64,000 nt of DNA. Source: Octopus vulgaris. Taxonomy: Eukaryota. The notes under the pieces were generated by a model that did no database searches, had not been told where the DNA came from, and saw only the letters and a list, made by a program, of their open reading frames with translations. Position 1 is the first letter of the stretch. Each line of letters begins with the position of its first letter. This document shows positions 53,930 through 64,000 of the stretch, piece by piece. The DNA lies in NCBI GenBank assembly GCA_951406725.2, contig OX597821.1, positions 87,916,001 to 87,980,000 on the forward strand, in the 5' to 3' direction. The position numbers were made by a program, and so were the translations under genes.

Positions 53930-54519
53930 ATATTTATAACGATACGTATAAATGAATTGGACTAATTTTGAAAGATTCTCTGAAATTATAATCGCTAACG
54001 CTGTCTCCCAGTAATACATTTAAAATGCTCAATTCCCGTTAGACATCCCGCACTTTTAATATGTTAGGTTAGTGTATACATTACGTTACATTATTTATAT
54101 TTAGAGCTTCGTCATTACTTTATGATTATTCATATTACTGACTTTAATTTAAATACGGATATGAAGTTTGCTACATGGTTACTTTAGGTAGCAGAACAAT
54201 GCCTGTCAACTGGGAACTGAGGAAATTAAATTTTCTGTACCATCACTGAATATGATCTAATAAGATAGAAATCACGTGATATAGTGGTCTCCGAGCTAGG
54301 ATGGTATGGAGTTCTTTACCCTCAAGCAATATATATCGAATACGAATCCCACTGTATTGCCAGTTGGGGGAAGCGTCCTCCTGTTGTTAAAATAGCAGTA
54401 TCATCTGTTCTTAAAGAACACCCACGTTTAAGTGGCGATAAAAATTAATTCTCAGGATAAATACTGCTTCCATTTCTATTAGAAATTTTCTTAACGAATT
54501 AGTTTGCTATATATGATTA

Positions 54520-55150
54520 TGATTGGTGCCAAATTTTGACACAAGGCAATTTCTGGGAAGTGGATGAGTCGATCACATAGAAGAAAGTGTTTGAGTCGTA
54601 CTTAATTTACGACCCCAAAAGTTTGAAAAGCATAGTCGACCTCGGCATAATTCGAACCTAGAACATAAAGAATGTCGCTAAGCATTTTTCCTAGTGTTCT
54701 AACGATTCTGCCAGCTCGCCGCCTGAGTAAACAATAGTAAATAATCAATTCTACTGAAATTTTTGGGGGAACGGATTAGTCGATTACATCGACCCAGTAC
54801 TCAACTGGTACTTAATTTATTAACCCCGAAGGGATGAAAGGCAAAGTCGACCTCAGTGGTATTTGAACCTAGAACATAAAGATAGACAAAATAACGCTAA
54901 GCATTTCGTTCGGCCTGCTAATGATTATGTCAGCTCTCAAATGATGTTAATCTTTTCTACTATAAGCCCGAAAATTTGGGGGAGGGGTTAAGTCCATTAC
55001 AAGGACCTCAGTACCCAACTGGTACTTAGTTTATCGACCCTGAAAGGATAAAAGGCAAAGTCGACCTCGACGGAATTTGAACTCAGAAAGCAAAGAAGGA
55101 CGAAATGCTGCTAAGCATTTTGCCCGGCGTGCTAATATTTCTGCCAGCTC
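54520..55150 (-). mobile_element. Three degenerate family C-related SINE units
   Basis: Repeated GACCCC.AAAGGAT.AAAGGCAAAGTCGACCTC segments. Confidence 0.75.
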
Positions 55151-55589
55151 CTCTCCCATTACAGCTCGTCACCCTTGCCTGCTCGCTGCCCTAAATATGA
55201 CCATTATTGAAGTAACATATTTAGTTTCTAGCAGTGAAGTCAAATTTCAATGGCAGACATCCTTTGATGTGTGCTCGTTGAATTATTCACATCTGAAGTG
55301 ATATACGTGCGGTCCAGTCCGAGAGCCCGTTAATTTCTGTCTTAGATTAGTGTCTATAAAGACTTTTATAATCTACATTTAAATCCTAATCATTAATTGA
55401 GAACAGAAACACACACACAGATTTACGCGCACAGACAAGCATACACACACATGCACAAAGCAAATACATCCACACACACACACACACATACATGCATGTA
55501 TTTATGCATACATAAGTACATGCATACATACACATACTCAAATACATGTTTCTGAATATTTAAGGATATTTGTGTGTATGTGTGTGTGT

Positions 55590-55748
55590 GTGTGGTGGTT
55601 TGGGAAGACGTTTGCTTTGCAATCGGGTTATTTCAGGTAGTATCAGGTTCAGTGCTACTGCGTGGCACCTTGGGCAAGTTTCTTCTGCTATGACTTCAGA
55701 TCAAGCACAACTTTTGTGAGGAGACTTGCTAGACTGAAAGAAGCCCGT

Positions 55749-55818
<70 letters not shown>

Positions 55819-56165
55819 GATCTATCTATCAATCTGTCTGTCTGTCTGTCTCTGCGCCTGCCTGTCTGTCTGTCCGTCTGTCTGTCTGTCCGTCTGTCTG
55901 TCTATCTATCTATTCATCTATCTATATGTTTGTGAGTGTGTCTGTGCGTGCATTTTTGTCCGTGTTTATTCCCCATAACCACACGACAACCGGTGTTTGT
56001 CTGCTCGCTCCCCGTAACTTAGCAATTCAGCAAAAGATATCGATAGAATATAGAATAAATACCAAGGTTTAAAAAAATAAGCAATGAGTTTGATTCATTC
56101 GATAAAAAATTCTTGAAGGCGGTGTCCCAACATGGCCGCTGACTAAATGAAATAAGTAAAAGACG
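55590..56165 (+). mobile_element. Degenerate family B SINE with expanded (CTAT)n/(CTGT)n
   Basis: GGCACCTTGGGCAAGT in the head; GGCGGTGTCCCAACATGGCCG in the tail. Confidence 0.7.
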
Positions 56166-56300
56166 AAATATATGTATACACATGTTTGTCTTTCTCTCCG
56201 CCTCTTACTTTGAAAGTAACCGTAGGTAGCAGTACCAACAGTCACCAATCAAATTTCACACATCCACACCCACACATATATGTGTGGGTGTATATATATA

Positions 56301-56350
<50 letters not shown>

Positions 56351-56354
56351 TGCG

Positions 56355-56417
<63 letters not shown>

Positions 56418-56425
56418 TTACCTAT

Positions 56426-56485
<60 letters not shown>

Positions 56486-56571
56486 GCCTGTCTGTCTATC
56501 TATCTATCTGTCTGTCTGTCTATCTGTCTGTCTGTCTACCTACCTACCTACCTATCTCTCTCTCTCTCTCT

Positions 56572-56613
<42 letters not shown>

Positions 56614-57282
56614 GCACACATACACATGTATATATTCAGACAGACACGCACAAACACAAACACAGACGCACACACACAACTATACACGTGTGTGTACTCG
56701 GAGTCATTAAAAAGTAATTCAAATCCTGGAGAGAATCACAGTCAAGCCTAATGACTGAACCACCTGGACAGATTTATATTCCAGTACAGCAGAGCGCAGC
56801 GCTGTAGATCTGTACAGTACACACAGGGAAGGAGAAAACGTAAATTTTATTTCAACCACAATTACTTAATCTATAAAAATACAGATACGAACATGTTACA
56901 GAGCAAATAATTCCATTAATGCACCCGAAATGCACCTATAAATTCTACTTGGGTATCACGGACCAATCTAAAATGTAGGAAAACAAAACAATGTTTGCCA
57001 TTAATTGTCCATAAATATTTGCTTTCTCATTGATCTAATGTCTTGTATTCACAAGGCCAACTACCTGGCGTCAATAACAAAAACAGCGCAGGGTTTTGTT
57101 TTGTTACGTTTTTGATTTTGTAGCATTTGAGTACAATACACATTTAGTTTGAGATTTGCTTCTCTTCAATATATAACTTTTATTGAATTGTACTAAGTAA
57201 GTTTTGTTTAAAAAACAATCATCGATATTTAGTTATATGTATACATACATCCGCGCACATACATACACACAGAAGTATGCGT

Positions 57283-57536
57283 TTTATCTTTTATGTTTTA
57301 CTTGTTTCAGTTAGACTGCGGCCTTGCTGGAGTATCGCCGAACGAACCGACTCCAGTACTTATAATTATTTTTTAAAGCCAGGTGCTTATTCTATCAGTC
57401 TGTTTTACCGAACCGCTAGGTTATGGGAATTAGTTACACGAGCACCGGTTGCCAAGTCTGGTGGTGTTCAAACTCAGACACAAAGACGCACACATACAAA
57501 TTTACACACACACACGCGCGCACACACCCACACATG

Positions 57537-57568
<32 letters not shown>

Positions 57569-57785
57569 CACTCACACACACGCACACACACACACACACA
57601 CTTTCACACACTCACACATGCACACACACACGACAGGCTTCTTTGTTGCTGTCTACCAAATCCACTGACAAGGCTTTGGTCATTCGGAGACTACAGTAGC
57701 GGACACTTACAAAAAATGCCACGCACCGGATCTGAATCCGGAACCATGTGATTCGGAAGAAAGCGTCTTACTACATAGCCACTCC

Positions 57786-57788
<3 letters not shown>
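57283..57788 (-). mobile_element. Degenerate family B SINE
   Basis: CTACCAAATCCACTGACAAGGCTTTGGTC and the tail match family B. Confidence 0.72.
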
Positions 57789-57840
<52 letters not shown>

Positions 57841-57894
57841 CATGCATACGTACATATATATATATATATATATATATACATTATATTATATATA

Positions 57895-57947
<53 letters not shown>

Positions 57948-59259
57948 ATATGTATGTATGTACGTTTGTATGTGTATATATACATATATACACACATACA
58001 CACATACACACATATATATATATATGCATGTACATATATTTATAAACATATATGTACGAATGTATATTGATGTATGTATGTGTGTCCCTATATGTATATA
58101 AGTGCATATTTGAGTGTGTGTGCATGATTGTTTGTTTGTTTGTTTGTGCGTGCATATGTGTGAATGAGTCAGCGTGCGTGCGTGTGTGTGGGTATGTGTG
58201 TGTTAGTGAGTGTGTGTGTGTATATGATCGTGTGAGTATGTATGTGAAACACTAATTTAACTGTTCTTTATACTGATCACGTCACTGCGGAATTCGTACT
58301 GTATAATGTTATATTTTTCTGCACGTAACAGTGCAACATTTAAAATTTAATGATTCCCCCACCACCACTACACACACACCATTATTGCTACCACCACACA
58401 TCCGGCAGGTATGCTTCTCTGATGATATCGATAAGAACAAATATGCCTAAAATTGCCTCCACTCGTTGCTAAAAGGGTTAAAATAATATTTATCAGAAAC
58501 TGTTTTAACTGCACCAAATAATTATTTGTAATATATACTTCCGCCATTAAATTTAACTAAGTGCACAGCATATAAAGATATTATGTACAGATACCTAGAA
58601 ATGTATGCTACCTGTCTGATTTTGGAAATGTGAGATGTATAGAAATATTTTAACCCAAATCCAGTTTTCATACCATTCACCTTGTGGCACGACGATTTGC
58701 GATTATCCGATATAGGCTAATGTGAAGTGTATCGATTGAAATATAGATGCATACGCCCCCATACACGCACAAACACACATATATGCTTGTATGTGTATGT
58801 GTGTGTATTTGTGTGTGTATTCATATTTAATACATAGGTATGTATGTATGTGTATTCATGTAGGTATATGTACTTATGTAGAGCTACTCCACGTTAATAA
58901 GCATTCAATACTGCCCATTGATTTAATGTACAAGTGGTTGAACATCGCATCGATCTTCAGGATTGTCGTCTCCTATCGTCTCCTATTGTTTTGGTTCTTG
59001 AGCCACCTCTGAAGATTTTGGTTATGCTGAGAGGGATTCAGATCGAAGTGTGACGCAAGAAGCCCATGTCTACACACACAGCGTGAAGGAAGTCATTGCA
59101 TAAAAGCCAAGAACAGGCTTCAGATTTGTTTCTGTTTAGAACTTTTGGTTAATAGGGAATCATAAGAGGGACTAAGAATTAACTGTGAGCAATTTGTTAA
59201 CGAAATGTAGGAAAGCGGTATTGAACGTGTATATAATTTCCAAAGTATATTACAACGTG

Positions 59260-59563
59260 TGGAGGCGCAATGGCCTAGTGGTTAGGGCAGCGGACTTGCG
59301 GTCGTAGGATCGCGGTTTCGATTCCCAGACCGGGCGTTGTGTGTGTTTATTGAGCGAAGGCACCTACAAGCTCCACGAGGCTCCGGCAGGGGGTGGTGAT
59401 CCCTACTGTACTCCTTCACCACTCTTTCTCTCACTCTTTCTTCAGTTGGCCTGCTCGCTTAGCCAGCGGGGTGGCGTCATTCGAAGGCTAAAACAATGCG
59501 AACGCATTGTGACCAGCGATGTGTAACAACATCTGATGGTCTGGTCGGTCACGTGATCACGTG
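59260..59563 (+). mobile_element. SINE family A with tail type 2
   Basis: 13-bp TSD ATATTACAACGTG (59247-59259 / 59564-59576); near-identical to 33747-34052. Confidence 0.93.
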
Positions 59564-60122
59564 ATATTACAACGTGACCAAAGCCGCGTTTCACTAGGCT
59601 GAAGTATTTGCTCTTCATCTTTTAAAAAACTGATGTTTCGCTTATTACTACATCATACTGCAGTTTGCACTATCTGTGGTGAAGGTTCATTCAAGCTGCT
59701 GTAGCTAATGATGCGAAGTTATCAACCTAGTCTGTGATATCTACAGATATTCGTTGACGTCGAATAGCTCTTACTACCTTTTGACAGACATGTTTTTCCA
59801 CAGTTCATCTGATTGCCGGAAGGGCAGTTGTGGAAAAAAATGATTATTTGGTATCGAGAATATAGTAAGAATCTTAACTCTTTACTTGTTCGGTAATATG
59901 GGCCAAAACACAAAAACTACTGTATTGTATAGAGAATTAACAGACTCTTTAGAAGTCACTGTTTGAGGTGTTTTCAGTATTTTGATATTGATTAACAACG
60001 CAGTCAATGCAGAAGGACTTTTAGGTCAGGTATTTATGATACGACAGGGTGTCTCTTAAGTACTGTCTTCTACCAAGCTAGACATTCAAGTCGTTTTTTT
60101 GTCATATAACCCGACAAATATA

Positions 60123-61444
60123 TTGGGTTGGCAACTAAGTTCCCGCCGGTTTTTAAAATTTAAAGATTTAAAAAGTTTTAATAAAAAATAACAACTAATT
60201 AATCAATAATGTATTCACCCTTGTTTACAACTTCTTCCTAAAGTTCAACAAGATTTTCAATAACTCGTTGGTAGAAGTCACCCGATTTTGACTCGAAAAA
60301 TTGATCCAACCAGGCTCTCAATTCTGCATCAGTATTGAACGAAACTCCGCGCATAGCATTTGAAAGAGATCGAAAGAGGTACAAATCCGTTAGTGCCGAA
60401 TCAAGAGACTACGGTGGTTGTGATAGCACTTCCCAGCCATGCGTTTGAATGGCTACCTTGGTCATATTGGCGATATGAGGGCGGGCGTTGTCGTGGAGCA
60501 GAACTTCATGCTGATGATTAGGTCTTTTTTCTTGAATAGCCGTGTTGAGTCGTTCCATCTGTTGAACATAGAGTTCCGCGTTTACCGTTTGGTTCCGATC
60601 AAGCAATTCGTAATGGATAATCCCTTTCCAGTCCCACCATATGCACAACATCGTTATAAGCGGATGAAGATCTTGTTTCACACGCGGTGTCGCTTGTTTA
60701 CTGGGGCTAAGCCATTTCTTACGCTGCTTAACATTAATGTACAGGCACCATTTTTCGTTGCCAGTAACGATTCCGTAAAGAAATCGTTGCTTGTGTCCAT
60801 GAGTTGAGCGGTGACGAGCAATCAAACCAGCGGAGATTATGGCTCGTAGATTTTTGCTGTAACTTATAGAATGCGGAACCCATTTCCCATACTTTTAAAC
60901 CTTTCCCACCGAGTGAAGATGCTTCTCTATAGCAGTGTGGGAGCATTCCATTTTCTTTACCAGTACCCTTGTGGTGTGACGAGAAATTTCGTGCAAAAGT
61001 CGGTTTCATCGCTCTTCATCAAACTCAGCTGGACGGCCAGAACAAGGTGCATCTTTGAGGTCAAAATTTCCATTTTTGTACTTGGCAGACCAATCACGAG
61101 CGGTTCTTTCAGCTATGGCACCCTCTCCATACACATCACATATGTCGCGAGCAGCTTTTGCAGCCTCAGAACCTTGATTAAAAGCAAAAAGGAGGAGGTG
61201 TCGAAAATGCTCGTTTTTCTTAACTTGACATTCCATTTCAATGATCTGAAAATAAACAAAAATTAACTAAAATTAACTAGAAAAAAGACCCCCCACTCCC
61301 CAAAAAATAAATAAAAAGCTAAAAAACAAAATAGATTCCAAAATGATTCAAATATAGAACTCTCGAGAAAATAGATTCCAAAATTTAAAAACGCAGTAAA
61401 TTCCAAAATTTAAAAAGACGGCGGGAACTTAGTTGCCAACCCAA
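60123..61444 (-). mobile_element. Full-length mariner (mellifera-like), decayed
   Basis: Perfect 26-bp TIRs TTGGGTTGGCAACTAAGTTCCCGCCG, TA on both sides, 1322 bp. Confidence 0.95.
60199..61236 (-). pseudogene. Mariner DD34D transposase pseudogene
   Basis: MECQVKKNEHFRHLLLF..., IVTGNEKW, LHDNARPH...PP*SLDSALTD (34 residues between the Ds); stops and frameshifts. Confidence 0.92.
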
Positions 61445-62222
61445 TACATACAGTCACGTGCACATTCACTCTGCTATGAGTAAAAATGTTTCATCGTCCA
61501 CTCTTACATCCAGCATCTGATGAGTTTTAAAATAGCAATGTTGTTGTAGAGGAAAATGAAACACTTCATCTCATCGCGCTTTTATCATTTTTGAGATTCC
61601 TTGATAACTTAACGTTATATTTACGGATATTTGTACTGCTATATAAGCGTGACTGGTAAGCGACTTAAACCAATGCAAAATAATCACGATGAATAAGCAA
61701 CACTTCAACTAAAGTAAAAATCAACAACAACAGCAAAAGCAACAACAATAATAACAAAACTATAATAGTAATGATAATAAAAATAACTATATAACATAAC
61801 GATAGCATATGGCAATATGAAATTTCCGTCAGAAATGTCAAAACAGAAAACAGCAAAATATTAAATAAATTTACAATATTGCAAACCTGCTACTATGATA
61901 ATGGAGTTGATGGGTTTGATGTCATCAGCAGGCTCTATTTTGGTTCAAAACCCCAAAAAACCTCATTGAATAATAAGTGGCTTTCACATTTCGAAGAAAC
62001 CCTCTTCGATCTGACGTAAAATATTAAATTGAAAAGTTACAGAAACAGCAGAAACTAACTCCATGATGACATCCACAGGAGAACCCTCCAGGAAAAGGAA
62101 TTCCGTTGAATATAAAACTCATAACCGCTACAATATCGACCATAAAGAATATTGTGCACACATATATACGTAGAAAAGGCGTAAATGTATGTATGTATGT
62201 ATATATATATATATATATATAT

Positions 62223-62340
62223 AACGGGAAGCTTTATGAAAATAAACAAAAGACGAAGGCAGATGCAATACAAACAAACAATTGTATTAGTATGGCGCTC
62301 AGGAATATAAATAAAACAAGTCTTTTACGTTTCGAGCCTT
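62223..62340 (-). mobile_element. Possible PLE pseudo-LTR 3' fragment between TA runs
   Basis: Minus strand begins GGCTC-GAAAC-GTA-AAAGAC (3' half of a minimal hammerhead), then a T-rich tail. Confidence 0.4.
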
Positions 62341-62473
62341 ATATATATATATATATATATATAATAATGAAGGGTGAAATTTAGTAGAAGAAATAGCTAT
62401 AACCCTTTGACTGCTATTTCTAAATTCGGTATGTGGTAAGGCAATTCGTTGCTGAACCCTTATTGCTTAGTAT

Positions 62474-62529
<56 letters not shown>

Positions 62530-62819
62530 TGATACTTAGCAGTACGAGTTTAATTCGTTCCATGACCGAGCTTGTCTTACGATTTACTCGTTTCATGAAT
62601 CAATTTCAAATATGTAAACTGGCTTCATTAAAGATGGGACGATTTGTGTGCTCGAATTGCGAATTTACGCTCGTACTTTAAGACAAAAATTATCACGAGT
62701 TTCGGCTCGTAAAAAGAAATTACTCGTGCAATTGTGCGCTCCGTCCACCACCCGGTTACAATTCCCAACTCCACCCATTCATTCACAATTTCAACGACTT
62801 TCGCCTCCACAGCGCTACA

Positions 62820-63362
62820 TATAAGCCTCAACATATACACCGGAGATTCACATCCGTGCGGATGGGTGAGAGTAATTCCTTAACAAACCTACCATGATAA
62901 ACCAAAACTCACAAAAACATATAATGATAAAATCTCCCTTTACTAAACTCTATAACATACCTATATAGCAATCCCCCTAACCTAAACATTCACACACAAA
63001 TACACACACGTAAACCACACACCCACAACATATACAAATACCCACACCACTTACACATACCAATACATACATATAAACCTCAACATATACTCCAAAAACC
63101 CACTCAACCCCACACAGACAAATAAACACAAAAATTATGAATGGATTCTTTTATAAAACTACCATGATAAACTAAAACTCACAAAACAGAAATAATAAAA
63201 CCTCCCTTTACTAAACACTATAACATACTAATATAGCAATCCCTTTAACCTATACATTCACACACAAAAACACACACGTAAACCACACACCCATAACAAA
63301 TACAAACACCCACCCCACTCATACACACCCACAAGTACAAATAAGCCTCAACATATACACCA
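62820..63362 (+). repeat. Diverged tandem duplication, about 270-bp period, A/C-rich
   Basis: CTACCATGATAAAC.AAAACTCACAAAA at about 62889 and 63159; ATAA.CCTCAACATATAC occurs three times. Confidence 0.85.
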
Positions 63363-63857
63363 AACAAAATTACTTTACCAAGGAACTTAACATATGTATA
63401 AAAAATATAACCGCTCTGGAAACGAACATCTCTAAATTAATGAATGGAGAAATGGAATAAAGGGAATTAAAAATAATATTCACGTGGCAAAACGAACACC
63501 ACTCAAAAATTATGAATGAAATGTATAGGGATATATATATATAGGTGTGTGATTTAGTGTATGTAGTTAGATATGGTTATATATAATTAGGTATATGTGT
63601 ATGGGTGTATATATAGTTTATTATTATATTATTATTATTTTTTTTTTTTGTTTGTTTTGTTTTATATTTTATATTTTATATTTTATATTTAATTGTTGAT
63701 AGGTTTATTTTAGTTTATATATTGTTTATATATTGATTATATATGGATTATATATAGGTTATATATGGATTATATATTTATATTTTTTCATTCATACTTT
63801 AATTATTTTAAAATTATTATTTGTATATTTTAAAATATTGATATTTTAGATTGAAGT

Positions 63858-63900
63858 CCACCTGAAGATTGTCGATCAAGACAAGAAACGATTGTAGTGG
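63858..63900 (+). ncRNA. Minimal type I hammerhead ribozyme
   Basis: CCAC-CTGAAGA-TTGTC(GATCAA)GACAA-GAAAC-GATT-GTA-GTGG: intact core, stem I 4 bp, stem II 5 bp, short stem III, GUA site at 63896. Confidence 0.8.
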
Positions 63901-64000
63901 CGGTTTTTTTGACTATTTATTAAAATTTTATGTATTGATTAAGTCTTTCCTTGTTTGTTTTGCAAAATAGTGGTTTTGTCTCTAATAATATTTTATAATA

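Noticed and set aside
61485-61575. CTGATGA...GAAAC pair
   Set aside because: No stem II closure or stem I/III pairing consistent with a hammerhead.

Overview
Eukaryotic, AT-rich, repeat-saturated non-coding DNA (intron or gene desert). The recurring SINE families look, from recollection, like those of octopus (coleoid cephalopod) genomes; this is recognition, not a database result. No intact host gene, tRNA, rRNA or CRISPR array is supportable, and most listed ORFs are translated microsatellites. The window holds: dozens of tRNA-derived SINEs of at least six types; decayed DNA transposons (one Tc1, two mariners with TIRs, one mariner fragment, one DD37D/maT element); three non-autonomous Helitrons; LINE fossils (CR1/L2, RTE, L1/Tx1-like, R4/Dong-like); a Penelope-like (PLE) RT remnant; and large simple-repeat tracts. 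The most notable signal is a set of minimal type I hammerhead ribozyme motifs (14.2, 35.1, 35.3, 37.1 and 63.9 kb). One lies in the tail of a tRNA-headed SINE that has an 11-bp TSD and a 5' fold-back, suggesting a SINE mobilised by a Penelope-like element. All sequence comparisons were done by eye; ends of degenerate elements are approximate.
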